Positions 18,811 to 28,123 are shown, counted from the first letter of the stretch. The stretch: 51,755 bases of DNA from Parcubacteria group bacterium (GCA_028286945.1 JAQBQR010000028.1:1-51755), one strand, 5' to 3'. Numbers and translations are program-made. Notes: generated by a model from the sequence alone, not told the origin.

Positions 18811-20745
18811 ATGAAAATCACCCCCCGACAATTTCTTGTTCAGAATCGATTTCTTGCGATGGCGATCTTCGTAACTGTAGTGGCGTTCTCGAGTATCGTA
18901 TTTCTTAATGTAGGAAATGTGCACGCACAGTCATGTGGGGACTATATCCAGGGAGGTGGTGGCACGTGTACCGATCTTGATCCAAGCCGCCAAGATCCCG
19001 CACAAGTGGCATTCACGGCAAATCCAAGCAGCATTCAGTCAGGCGCCAGCTCGCTTCTTTCGTGGGGTTCGGACAATTCAAGCAGCTATTATCCCTATGA
19101 TACTTGTACGATCGATCATGGTGTAGGAGCTTTTGCTAATTCGGGATCAGTAAGTGTTTCTCCAGCACAAACCACCACATACAACATCTTTTGTCGGCAT
19201 ACCGTGCAGTACTCAACTCCGTGCGGTAATACGAATTGTTTTACCTATGGGTATATAGATTCAAGTGCAGCCACTACGGTCAGTGTCACGCAAAATCCTT
19301 CGCTTCTCGTTTCTTGTTCTGTAACTCCCGCTTCCATAAATACAAATAATTCGGCCACCTGGGCGGTATCTGCATCTGGAGGAACGGGTTCGTATACGTA
19401 TGCGTGGAGCGGAACCGATGGACTTTCGGGTACTTCAGCTTCTGTTTCAAAACTCTATACAGCTGCCGGCGCAAAAAGTGGAACAGTTACGGTGACTTCA
19501 GTAGGAGGACAAAGTTTAAATACAATTCAACCAACTCAAGATCATCCTGGTTTGCTCGGATACGCAACGGACATCGTTGCCATGTTCTTGCACCCGGTTA
19601 ACATAGCGCATGCAATGATGATTGCTTGTGATGGTGGAGGATTCGCTTTCTTTATCGGAAATGGTGGAGGATGTGATGCCGGTGTTGGAGGTGATGGTCC
19701 AAGCGCCACCACTGTTTCTTGTACTAATACCATTACCGTCAATTCTCCACTCCAACCTGACCTCACCCCACTCTCCCTCACCCCACACACCGTAGTGGCA
19801 GGGCAATCATCAGTCTTCACAGCGACCCTTGCAAACACGGGCACGGCAGCCACTCCAAACTTCTCTTCAACGGTCTATGTTTGTGCCACGAGTGATGCCG
19901 CGTGTCTTGGAAACTCACTTGCACGAGCACAATCTGTTTGGGACAAACTCCTTGCTTATGTGCACGCGCAGATTGCACACGCAGCCACGTCCATGAAGAT
20001 CACCCTTACCGGAGCTGCTATCGGTGCAGGAAGTACCGGTCCCCAAAGCGGTTCGTATACCTTTGCTTCACCTGGCACGTATCAAATGCGCCTTTGTGCT
20101 GACCTTCCAAACAATCAAGTGACTGAATCAGATGAGAATAACAACTGCGGAAACTGGGAGGTACTTGCCGTGTGTCCTTCAGGCAACACGATAGATGGTT
20201 CAGGAAACTGTGTAGCTCCTCCGCCACCATCTAATCCTCAGCCAACGTGTTCACTCACTGCAACTCCTTCAAACTCTGTTCCCTCAACACTCACCTGGTC
20301 ATCAACTAATGCCACGACGTGTACGGGTGGTGGATTCTCGGCGGGGAATGCAACAGGTGGTTCGGTAACAGCAGGAACGCCGGGAACGTATACGCTTAGC
20401 TGTACCGGTTCGGGAGGTTCATGTAGTACCTCTGCAGATATTTCTGGAGGTGTCTGTACTGGTACTCCAACCATTACCATCGCCGCTGCACCCGGTCGCG
20501 TTCGTGTCGGCCAAACCTCGACCATCTCATGGACGGCAACTAACGTTCCAGGAGCAAGTCCAACCTGCACTGTCTCTGGTCCAGGCGTATCACAAAGTAT
20601 TCCAGCAGGAGGTACGCCAACGTGTGCAATTCCAAATGGATCGGCATCACCAACCATAAATACGCAGTCCACCTACACCATTACCTGTGCAGGCATCTCA
20701 AAGAGTGTGACCGTGAACGTGATTCCTAAATTCATCGAGTTCTAG
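18811..20745 (+). CDS. Secreted Cys/Thr/Gly-rich surface protein with Ig-like repeats and a CARDB domain (pair 1)
   Basis: Signal peptide ending NVHA-Q; PDLT...ATLANTG...GTYQMRLCAD..NQVTESDENNNC; C-terminus VNVIPKFIEF. Confidence 0.8.
   Translation: MKITPRQFLVQNRFLAMAIFVTVVAFSSIVFLNVGNVHAQSCGDYIQGGGGTCTDLDPSRQDPAQVAFTANPSSIQSGASSLLSWGSDNSSSYYPYDTCTIDHGVGAFANSGSVSVSPAQTTTYNIFCRHTVQYSTPCGNTNCFTYGYIDSSAATTVSVTQNPSLLVSCSVTPASINTNNSATWAVSASGGTGSYTYAWSGTDGLSGTSASVSKLYTAAGAKSGTVTVTSVGGQSLNTIQPTQDHPGLLGYATDIVAMFLHPVNIAHAMMIACDGGGFAFFIGNGGGCDAGVGGDGPSATTVSCTNTITVNSPLQPDLTPLSLTPHTVVAGQSSVFTATLANTGTAATPNFSSTVYVCATSDAACLGNSLARAQSVWDKLLAYVHAQIAHAATSMKITLTGAAIGAGSTGPQSGSYTFASPGTYQMRLCADLPNNQVTESDENNNCGNWEVLAVCPSGNTIDGSGNCVAPPPPSNPQPTCSLTATPSNSVPSTLTWSSTNATTCTGGGFSAGNATGGSVTAGTPGTYTLSCTGSGGSCSTSADISGGVCTGTPTITIAAAPGRVRVGQTSTISWTATNVPGASPTCTVSGPGVSQSIPAGGTPTCAIPNGSASPTINTQSTYTITCAGISKSVTVNVIPKFIEF
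19750..20235 (+). repeat. Diverged direct repeat (CARDB module), copy 1; copy 2 at about 25058..25530
   Basis: Near-identical protein segment QPDLTPLSLTPHTVVAGQSSVFTATLANTGTA...GNTIDGSGNCV; DNA differences mostly at third codon positions. Confidence 0.85.
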
Positions 20746-20857
20746 ATTTTAGATAGAGTATAGAGCCCGTCAGGCCTTGTTAGTTTCGCATAAGTGTGGT
20801 TATGTGAGGGCTGTGGCGCTTTTGCCACGTCCTTTTCAGACCACAGGAGGGTTCGAG

Positions 20858-21442
20858 ATGATTCGTTATACACTCGCAGTCGCGATGATGCTCGGTCTTT
20901 CTGCGGCAGCGCATGCCCAGGAGGACTATCCACACGCCGCGGACATACGTCCGATGGGTCCGCAAGAGCAGGCGGGGAGGTATCAACCCCCGCCGAATCC
21001 GCAGATGTCGCAACGGGATGTCCGTAAACTATGCCCGAACGATACAGAGTGCATCTACTGGGTGAATCACAGTAAGCATCGCATTACCCAGATGCTCTAT
21101 GCCGTTGCCCGCGACGCGTCGACCGGCCAGTATTTCTGGAGCGGTAAGCAACTCGCACCCAACGTCGAGCTCTATAACAACAGATGGATCTTCATTCGTC
21201 GGCCGAAGGACATGGGCTGTTCGATCGCCTTTCGGATCTGGCTGGAGTATAAGGGGCACTCGATCTGGGCCGAAGACGAATTCAACTTCTGCACGGACAA
21301 GGCCTCATATATCGAACTCAAACCTCCCCAGATGCCAAATGCTCCGAAACGTCCATGTGTGTACGTCGAGGCGGATCCGAACGCTCCTTCTGAGTCAACG
21401 GCTGCTGCACAGGAACGATGTACCCAGTCTCAGTCGAACTAG
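20858..21442 (+). CDS. Orphan secreted protein, Cys-containing
   Basis: AGGAGG SD at 20845-20850; signal peptide MIRYTLAVAMMLGLSAAAHA-Q; own terminator. Confidence 0.7.
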   Translation: MIRYTLAVAMMLGLSAAAHAQEDYPHAADIRPMGPQEQAGRYQPPPNPQMSQRDVRKLCPNDTECIYWVNHSKHRITQMLYAVARDASTGQYFWSGKQLAPNVELYNNRWIFIRRPKDMGCSIAFRIWLEYKGHSIWAEDEFNFCTDKASYIELKPPQMPNAPKRPCVYVEADPNAPSESTAAAQERCTQSQSN

Positions 21443-21466
21443 GTCATGCGCGCCCATTTCGACAAC

Positions 21467-21503
21467 AGAGCCCGCCAACCCTTTCAGGGAAGGCGGGCTT
21501 TTT
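21467..21503 (+). terminator. Intrinsic terminator after the orphan gene
   Basis: AGCCCGCC...GGCGGGCT followed by TTTT. Confidence 0.75.
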
Positions 21504-21557
21504 GCATATTTGGCTTGGTATTGCCGCTACAGGTTAGATTTGGTATAGTCTTCACAC

Positions 21558-21809
21558 ATGAAAAAAGACATCCACCCCGCAGATTACCGCCAGGTGATTT
21601 TCGAAGATATTGCCTCAGGCAAGTCTTTCCTTATTGGTTCAACCATCCATGCCACGGAAACGGGCACGTTTGAAGGAAAGGAATACCCAAAGGTAACCGT
21701 TGAAATCTCAAGCAAGTCTCATCCTTTCTACACCGGTGAAGATCGTACGCTTGATAAGACAGGACGTGTTGAGCGCTTCAAGCAGCGCGCACAGAAGGCA
21801 GGGAAGTAA
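21558..21809 (+). CDS. rpmE2: 50S ribosomal protein L31 type B (zinc-free)
   Basis: MKKDIHP.DY..VIFED, EISSKSHPFYTG, GRVERF; no Cys. Confidence 0.95.
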   Translation: MKKDIHPADYRQVIFEDIASGKSFLIGSTIHATETGTFEGKEYPKVTVEISSKSHPFYTGEDRTLDKTGRVERFKQRAQKAGK

Positions 21810-21839
21810 CAAAAAAGCCGCTTCACAGCGGCTTTTTTG
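21810..21839 (+). terminator. Bidirectional intrinsic terminator after rpmE2
   Basis: CAAAAAAGCCGCT-TCAC-AGCGGCTTTTTTG. Confidence 0.85.
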
Positions 21840-21910
21840 TTGGCGGCAGATTGTTTTGTGCCGAACCCTCATCAAGAAGGTAATTATAATTCTTTGAATT
21901 CTGAAGTCAA

Positions 21911-21949
21911 TTATAAAATCAAACACACCGCTCAAGCGGTGTGTTTGAT
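21911..21949 (-). terminator. Probable terminator of the tRNA-like RNA
   Basis: 14-bp stem ATCAAACACACCGC/GCGGTGTGTTTGAT, followed on the minus strand by TTTAT. Confidence 0.65.
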
Positions 21950-21951
21950 AG

Positions 21952-22020
21952 TGCCGGCGGAGGGAATCGAACCCTCATGTCAAACTTGATGAGGGTTCGG
22001 CATGCGAACCTGCCACCGGC
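21952..22020 (-). ncRNA. tRNA-like RNA: acceptor stem and T arm intact, D and anticodon arms non-canonical
   Basis: GCCGGTG/CGCCGGC-A acceptor stem; GAGGG-TTCGATT-CCCTC T arm; TATAAT at 22029-22034 upstream; terminator downstream. Confidence 0.6.
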
Positions 22021-22104
22021 ACATTGGAATTATAAGAAACAGTCGATCAAGAAAATCTTGAGATTCTTTAGGTAAAAACTGAGTTTTTTGCTAGGATTTG
22101 GGAA

Positions 22105-23058
22105 ATGGAATATTCGCCAGAATTTAAAACGAATCACAAGACCGCGTATCTGGCGGAAGAATATGAGCGCCTGGTGCGTGAGTATGAAGACGCTGTGGGG
22201 GCGGCAGCAGGTGACGCGGAACTTTTAGCACTAGCGGATGAGGACAAAACTCGCATCGAAGCGCGTCAGGGCGAGATCCTAGGAGAGATTGAGCAAATTC
22301 TCGATAAGGATAAAGAAGAAGAAACCTTGCCGAAGGCCGTGGTGCTTGAACTTCGCGCAGGTGCAGGAGGTGATGAAGCATCGCTGTTCGCCTCGGAGCT
22401 TCGTGATATGTATATAAAATATGCGGAAGGGAAACGATGGCAGGCACGCCGTATTGATGATCTTACTATTGAATTTGCCGGAACGGCCGCATACGAAGCA
22501 CTTCGCTATGAAACGGGCGTTCACCGCGTGCAGCGTGTGCCCCTCACAGAAAAGAACGGACGAATTCATACCTCAACTGCTTCGGTGGCCGTGCTCCCCA
22601 TTCGCACAAAACCAAAGTTCGAAATCAACATGGCAGATATCGAAATGGAATTCTCTCGCTCCGGAGGAGCTGGCGGGCAGAACGTGAACAAGGTTGAAAG
22701 CGCTGTGCGTCTTATCCATAAGCCCACCGGTATTGATGTGCGCTCGACCAGCGAACGTTCACAGCTCAATAACCGCCTTAAGGCGCTTGAGCTTCTTTCA
22801 GCAAAACTTGAGACCATCTATGAAGAAGAGGAGGCGAAGAAGCACGCAGATCTTCGAAGCGGTCAGATTGGCACCGGCGACCGTTCTGAAAAAATTCGTA
22901 CCTATAACTTCCCGCAAGACCGTGTGACGGACCATCGCCTCAAAGAGTCATGGCATAACCTCCCGAAGATTATGCTTGGGGGCATTGACCCAATAATCGA
23001 AGCCCTTCAGACCGCAGCAGCAAGCGGAGGAGTTGGTGCGGCAGATAGTGACGACTAA
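22105..23058 (+). CDS. prfA: Peptide chain release factor 1
   Basis: [20 protein letters not shown] (PxT motif of RF1), [26 protein letters not shown]. Confidence 0.93.
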   Translation: MEYSPEFKTNHKTAYLAEEYERLVREYEDAVGAAAGDAELLALADEDKTRIEARQGEILGEIEQILDKDKEEETLPKAVVLELRAGAGGDEASLFASELRDMYIKYAEGKRWQARRIDDLTIEFAGTAAYEALRYETGVHRVQRVPLTEKNGRIHTSTASVAVLPIRTKPKFEINMADIEMEFSRSGGAGGQNVNKVESAVRLIHKPTGIDVRSTSERSQLNNRLKALELLSAKLETIYEEEEAKKHADLRSGQIGTGDRSEKIRTYNFPQDRVTDHRLKESWHNLPKIMLGGIDPIIEALQTAAASGGVGAADSDD

Positions 23059-23123
23059 TCGAAAACCATGCCATATCCACATCGTTCAATTCACTAGGTT
23101 GCTTGCATGCTACTGTTTAAGTA

Positions 23124-24137
23124 ATGAACGAACCGACCCCGCTCGCTAACGTTGTTCCACCCCTTACTCGATCCGCTCAGACCTCTTTTGGTGCGCGGAA
23201 AATCTTATCAATAGTTGTTCTCCTCGCCGTAATCATCCTGATTCTGGTTGCGGCGCTTTGGTATTCTGGGAAACATAACGCAACCGCAAAACCATTAACG
23301 GGATTTGCTGTTGCGTTAGGCCATGGCCCTGCACGCTCAATGTATGGTGTCGATTTTAAAACAAATACATTCTCACTTCTTGATATTAGTGATGCAAACG
23401 GTACACATTACTTTGCGCTCGATGCACTAACTGGAGCAGCTCAAGAAGATGGGTACGCATACTACATCCTTGGCGCAAAGAATGCTCCAACAAAGGAGAC
23501 TGATCTGTATACCAAGGGCGCAGACGGGAATCTTGTCGCACTCACGCACTCGAACACCTTTAAATACAATCTTTCTGTAGATACAAAAGAAGGTTTATTT
23601 GCATATGAGGCAACTGCGGCAACAAGCTCCACAGCCATAAACACAACCAAAGATTGGCGTATCACCATCTTTTCACAGCAATCGAAGAAGGAAAGTGTAA
23701 TTGCGGCAGGCAATAACCCTGTTCTTCTGTCCGGCATGCACACTGTGGTGTATGACCGAAATCAAAAATTGTATTCCTTTAATATGCAGTCTCAAAAAGA
23801 AATGCAGCTCTTCGACATCGCAACGGGTACTCAATATGCAGTAGATGGCGTACGCAACATGCTTGCGGTGCAAAATCCAATCACGAAGAACATAGATTTC
23901 TTTGATATTGTATACGGCTCTTCGCTTAGTTATGAAAAATCAGTGCCTCTCGTCAAAGCACCGGATTCACTTTCTTTTGTTAATGAGGCGCTTATTGCTG
24001 CGTACTTCACTCCAACCAAGGAAGCCACAACCACCTATCGTTTCCAGTCAGTGGGAAGCCTGAATTCTGCGGTGATCACGGCCCCGCCAACTTATACCTA
24101 CGGAGACGTCCTTCGCACCTACCCATACCATGACTAA
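23124..24137 (+). CDS. Membrane-anchored beta-propeller-like protein (pair 2)
   Basis: N-terminal TM; LTHSNTFKYNLSV, W.ITIF, G.NPV align with 17846..18805; overlaps the start of the next gene. Confidence 0.65.
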   Translation: MNEPTPLANVVPPLTRSAQTSFGARKILSIVVLLAVIILILVAALWYSGKHNATAKPLTGFAVALGHGPARSMYGVDFKTNTFSLLDISDANGTHYFALDALTGAAQEDGYAYYILGAKNAPTKETDLYTKGADGNLVALTHSNTFKYNLSVDTKEGLFAYEATAATSSTAINTTKDWRITIFSQQSKKESVIAAGNNPVLLSGMHTVVYDRNQKLYSFNMQSQKEMQLFDIATGTQYAVDGVRNMLAVQNPITKNIDFFDIVYGSSLSYEKSVPLVKAPDSLSFVNEALIAAYFTPTKEATTTYRFQSVGSLNSAVITAPPTYTYGDVLRTYPYHD

Positions 24138-26040
24138 AAACATTACCTACAGCTTTGTACTTTTTATTGCCGCATTTGCCTTTACCGCACATGCGCACGC
24201 TGCATTCAATCTTCAGCAGGTATCACAGTATGGTGATAATAAGGTGTTCATGACCAATACAACTGGAGCGTACCATACACATTCAGGTGTTAATTATGAC
24301 AGTAGCGATTCTGCGAATTACAACGGTACCTTTACCGATAACTCACAGAGTCTTTGTAATAGTGCAGTCGCTGCATCAGGACTTTCAGATACTCTCGATA
24401 CATACTGTATTTTCGATAAAGATGACGCTCGTGTAACACAAGTTGTACTTGCGCCTCTTGCCCCGTGCGTTACCTGTGATGGTGGAGGCATTACAGGCGG
24501 TCCTGGCAGTGGTGGAACATTCTATATTCGTTCAATCAGTAAAGACGTAATTGTGTATCAAGTTCCTCTTCAACAGGATCTGCTTTCAACTGTTATTCCA
24601 GCAACGAATACATGGATCGATGCTGACTGGGCATGGATGCTCGCTGGAGGATTTATGGGAACTGCAGGACCTGAACCGCAGCGTCCGTACCCGCCTGACG
24701 TTTGTTTTAACTCACACAGCAGTCTTTACCACAGCCCAATTTCACTTGGTTTCACCACAATAACTTCTGAGACGCGAACCTGTGACGTGTATCATCATAC
24801 TGGCACTATAAATCAAAATCCTGTTGCAACCCTCACAGCCGCTCCTCCAACAGTCGTGGCAGGTGGCGCCTCTCTCTTAACCTATTCGTGCAGTAACGAC
24901 GCAACTGCAGCTGCTATCGATAACGGTGTTGGAGCGGTTAGTCCTGTTGCAGCTGGAAGTCGTTCGGTGACCCCCTCAGATACAACCGTATACACCCTTA
25001 CCTGCACTAACTCGCACGGTTCATCAACGGCGAGCGCAACGGTCACCGTCACTGTGCAACAACCAGACCTCACCCCTCTCTCCCTCACCCCTCATACCGT
25101 AGTGGCAGGGCAGTCTTCAGTCTTCACTGCAACGCTTGCGAACACCGGTACTGCGCCCACGCCAAACTTCTCTTCAACGGTGTATGTATGTGCAACGAGT
25201 GATGCGGCGTGTTTAGCTAACTCTCTTGCGCTTAATTCTTCTACTACCGTCTGGAATAAAATCCTTGCGTTTGTAACAAACATCGCGCACGCCGCCACGT
25301 CCATGAAGATCACCCTTACGGGCGGAGTGATCGCTGCAGGTGCGAATGGTACACAGTCTGGCTCCCACCCCTTTGCCTCACCAGGTACGTACCAAATGCG
25401 TCTCTGTGCTGACCTTCCAAATAATCAGGTCACCGAGTCCGATGAAAACAACAACTGCGGAAACTGGGAAGTGCTTGCCGTATGTCCTGTAGGCAACACG
25501 ATAGATGGTTCAGGAAACTGTGTGCCACCTCAGCCACCTGTTAATCCGCAGCCAACGTGTTCGGTTACTGCCAACCCAACCAGTGGAGTTCCTTCAACCA
25601 TTACCTGGTCTTCCACGAATGCCACGTCATGTACGGGAGGAGGATTCTCAACGGGAGGAGCTCCAGCCGGATCAGCAAACGTTGGAACTGCTGGAACATA
25701 CACTCTTTCTTGTTCAGGCACCGGTGGGTCATGTCCTGTCGCAAGTGTGACTTTGGGTGGGGGAGCATGTACGAACCCTACAGCAACCATTACTGCCGCT
25801 CAGACTCGTATCCGGTCCGGAGGAACCACCACTATCACGTACGCTGCCAGCGGGGTCTCAGGAGCTTGTACCGTTACGGGTCCTGGAGCGCCAGGTGCGG
25901 TTAACCCAGCTTCCTGCAACGTAGGTTCTACGTCTTTCCCAACTCCGGCCCTTCAGACCCAGACCACGTACACCATTACGTGTCCAGGGGCGACGAGTCA
26001 GGTGATTGTGAACGTAATACCTAAGTTCATCGAGTTTTAG
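24130..26040 (+). CDS. Secreted Cys/Thr/Gly-rich surface protein with Ig-like repeats and a CARDB domain (pair 2)
   Basis: Signal peptide ending AHAHA-A; same CARDB module; C-terminus VNVIPKFIEF. Confidence 0.8.
   Translation: MTKNITYSFVLFIAAFAFTAHAHAAFNLQQVSQYGDNKVFMTNTTGAYHTHSGVNYDSSDSANYNGTFTDNSQSLCNSAVAASGLSDTLDTYCIFDKDDARVTQVVLAPLAPCVTCDGGGITGGPGSGGTFYIRSISKDVIVYQVPLQQDLLSTVIPATNTWIDADWAWMLAGGFMGTAGPEPQRPYPPDVCFNSHSSLYHSPISLGFTTITSETRTCDVYHHTGTINQNPVATLTAAPPTVVAGGASLLTYSCSNDATAAAIDNGVGAVSPVAAGSRSVTPSDTTVYTLTCTNSHGSSTASATVTVTVQQPDLTPLSLTPHTVVAGQSSVFTATLANTGTAPTPNFSSTVYVCATSDAACLANSLALNSSTTVWNKILAFVTNIAHAATSMKITLTGGVIAAGANGTQSGSHPFASPGTYQMRLCADLPNNQVTESDENNNCGNWEVLAVCPVGNTIDGSGNCVPPQPPVNPQPTCSVTANPTSGVPSTITWSSTNATSCTGGGFSTGGAPAGSANVGTAGTYTLSCSGTGGSCPVASVTLGGGACTNPTATITAAQTRIRSGGTTTITYAASGVSGACTVTGPGAPGAVNPASCNVGSTSFPTPALQTQTTYTITCPGATSQVIVNVIPKFIEF
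25058..25530 (+). repeat. Diverged direct repeat (CARDB module), copy 2
   Basis: Aligns with 19750..20235. Confidence 0.85.
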
Positions 26041-26080
26041 GGATTTGCCCCTATTAAAGCCCTGTGATATCTTATTCCTT

Positions 26081-26782
26081 ATGAATACTGCAGATATGCA
26101 GGGTGTTGGCGTCGACCGTCTTTTTGAGGCGGGCGCCCACTTTGCCCAAGTAAAAAGCCGCCGTCACCCAACAATGAAGAAGTTTGTCCTTGGCACCAAG
26201 TCCAAGGTTGAAATCTTTGATCTCGTGAAGACTGATGAACAGCTCATCGCTGCAAAGACTGCTATGGCTGCTCTTGCTCGTGATGGAAAGACGGTACTTT
26301 TCGTTGGAGGAAAGCGTGAAATCTCAGACCAGGTCCGTGAAGCTGCTGCTAAAATTGGTCAGCCGTACGTAGCCGGCCGTTGGCTCGGAGGAACTATCTC
26401 TAACTTCGTAGAGATTAAGAAGCGTATCGATCGTCTTGCTGATCTTCAGGCAAAGCGCGATTCAGGTGAACTTGCTAAGACTCACACGAAGCTTGAGCGT
26501 GTCTTCATCGACCGTGAAATCGAGCGTCTTGAGACTCGTCTTTCAGGACTTTCTACTTTGGCAAAGCGTCCTGACGCTATGATCATCGTTGACCCTAAGC
26601 GCGAAGCACATGCAGCAAAGGAGGCGAATGACGCACACATCCCGGTGATTGGCATCATGAGCTCTGACAACGACCTCTCAGATGCACAGTTCCCAATCGT
26701 GACGAACGACGCGTCTCGCAAGACCGTTGAGCTTCTCCTCGGAGAACTCGCAGCTGCATACGCTGCTGGCCGCGCCGCGTAA
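26081..26782 (+). CDS. rpsB: 30S ribosomal protein S2
   Basis: LFEAGAHF, LFVGGK, RWLGGTISNF, P..NDAS. Start set from TGA-TATCTT 7 nt upstream. Confidence 0.95.
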   Translation: MNTADMQGVGVDRLFEAGAHFAQVKSRRHPTMKKFVLGTKSKVEIFDLVKTDEQLIAAKTAMAALARDGKTVLFVGGKREISDQVREAAAKIGQPYVAGRWLGGTISNFVEIKKRIDRLADLQAKRDSGELAKTHTKLERVFIDREIERLETRLSGLSTLAKRPDAMIIVDPKREAHAAKEANDAHIPVIGIMSSDNDLSDAQFPIVTNDASRKTVELLLGELAAAYAAGRAA

Positions 26783-26819
26783 GTGGTTGGTTAGTTTTGG
26801 GTGATTGTTTGGTGCAATA

Positions 26820-26888
26820 GGATTGGCGCAGAGGATAGCTTCCGAGCGAGCGGAGCCCGTGCAGGAAGACTATCCGTGCAGTCAATCC
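26820..26888. other. Long imperfect intergenic hairpin between rpsB and tsf
   Basis: GGATTGGC-GCA-GGATAG-CTTCC pairs with GGAAG-CTATCC-TGC-GTCAATCC. Confidence 0.6.
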
Positions 26889-26924
26889 ATTTACGTAATA
26901 CTTATTTCAAATAATTGATCTTCT

Positions 26925-27509
26925 ATGGACATCTCAATGGACACTCTAAAAATGCTTCGCGACAAAACCGGCCTTTCGGTTATGCAGTGCAAGAAAGCCC
27001 TTGAAGAGGCGAACGGCGACGCTGCACAGGCAGAGGTAATCCTCCGCAAGCGCTCGAGCGATGCTGCTGACAAGAAGTCAGATCGCGAGCTTGGTGCTGG
27101 TGCCGTAGCAAGTTACATCCACGGTGGTGAAATCGGCGCGATGGTTCTTCTTTCATGCGAGACCGACTTCGTTGCGCGTAACGAAGAATTTCCTGCGCTT
27201 GCCCGCGAAATTGCCATGCAGGTTGCTGCAACAAATCCAAAGTATCTCCATGATACGGATATTGATGACACTGCGCGTACTGCTGCAATGACCGTCTTCA
27301 CTGAAGAGGTTAAAGATAAGCCGGAAGAAATGCGTGAGAAGATTCTTGAAGGAAAGATGCAGTCATACTTCAAGGACATGGTTCTTATGAACCAGCCGTT
27401 CATCAAGGATGATTCAAAGACCATCCAGCAGCTTGTGGATCAGGCGTCACAGAAATTTGGTGAACGCGTAGTGATCTCACAATTCGTTCGCTTCTCAGCG
27501 CGCGGATAG
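26925..27509 (+). CDS. tsf: Elongation factor Ts (short form)
   Basis: LRDKTG.SVMQCKKALEEA.GD, CETDFVARN, QPFIKD. Confidence 0.95.
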   Translation: MDISMDTLKMLRDKTGLSVMQCKKALEEANGDAAQAEVILRKRSSDAADKKSDRELGAGAVASYIHGGEIGAMVLLSCETDFVARNEEFPALAREIAMQVAATNPKYLHDTDIDDTARTAAMTVFTEEVKDKPEEMREKILEGKMQSYFKDMVLMNQPFIKDDSKTIQQLVDQASQKFGERVVISQFVRFSARG

Positions 27510-27546
27510 CACAGAAAGGACCAGGCCTAGCCTGGTCCTTTCTGTG
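27510..27546 (+). terminator. Terminator-like hairpin after tsf
   Basis: CACAGAAAGGACCAGGC-CTA-GCCTGGTCCTTTCTGTG, 17-bp stem. Confidence 0.75.
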
Positions 27547-27565
27547 TATGTCATACTCTTATCTC

Positions 27566-28006
27566 ATGACGTCGTATCTCATTGCCATCTTCATTCCTCT
27601 CGGTATCTTAGTCGGCTTTTTGCTGCTGATTACCGTGGAGGGACGTCGAGGCGCGCGAATCATTCTGCCAGGCCGTAGATATCAATTTGATCTTAAAGCT
27701 GCGCGCGCTCTCTTCATACTTAAGCACGTAGACTGGGGAGCGTTCGCCCATGACCTCACCCGCACCGGTATTGAGAGAATGGCCCATGACATCGCCCACA
27801 GCACTCTGATGGCCGTACGCGCCCTTGAGAGGCAGCTTACGCAGGTGGTGAGGACATTGCGGGCTCGTCGCGAACACCCACTTTTCCCGATCTCTGCAGC
27901 TGACCGCCCGTCACGTATTCAGACCACTATTTCCTACGTAAAAAAGACGGTCAGACGCTCTCGAAAGCAGCCAACAGAAACGCCAGACCAGACCCGCGCA
28001 CAGTAG
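27566..28006 (+). CDS. Hypothetical membrane-anchored basic protein
   Basis: N-terminal TM; start 27566 favoured over 27548 by CATACT 8 nt upstream. Confidence 0.6.
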   Translation: MTSYLIAIFIPLGILVGFLLLITVEGRRGARIILPGRRYQFDLKAARALFILKHVDWGAFAHDLTRTGIERMAHDIAHSTLMAVRALERQLTQVVRTLRARREHPLFPISAADRPSRIQTTISYVKKTVRRSRKQPTETPDQTRAQ

Positions 28007-28045
28007 CGAGTTTTGTGGTAAAACATATAGCAGTGCCCAATACGT

Positions 28046-28121
28046 GCCGCCTTAGCTCAGTTGGTAGAGCAACACTTTTGTAAAGTGAAGGTCCCCAGTT
28101 CAAGCCTGGGAGGCGGCTCCA
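28046..28121 (+). tRNA. tRNA-Thr (anticodon UGU)
   Basis: GCCGCCT/AGGCGGC acceptor stem, TAGCTCAGTTGGTAGAGC D arm, TTTGTAA anticodon loop, GTTCAAG T loop, encoded CCA. Confidence 0.96.
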
Positions 28122-28123
28122 AA

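Noticed and set aside
22105-23058. RF2 with a programmed frameshift
   Set aside because: It has the RF1 PxT motif rather than SPF, and reads as a continuous ORF from a leaderless start.
19750-25530. Repeat pair as a diversity-generating retroelement TR/VR
   Set aside because: Both copies are coding. Differences are mostly synonymous and not confined to adenines, and there is no reverse transcriptase in the window.
26820-26888. SRP (4.5S) RNA
   Set aside because: No GNRA-capped domain IV with the conserved CAGG/AGCA internal loop on either strand.
28046-28121. tRNA-Thr as an integration site
   Set aside because: I saw no integrase and no duplicate of its 3' end in the window.
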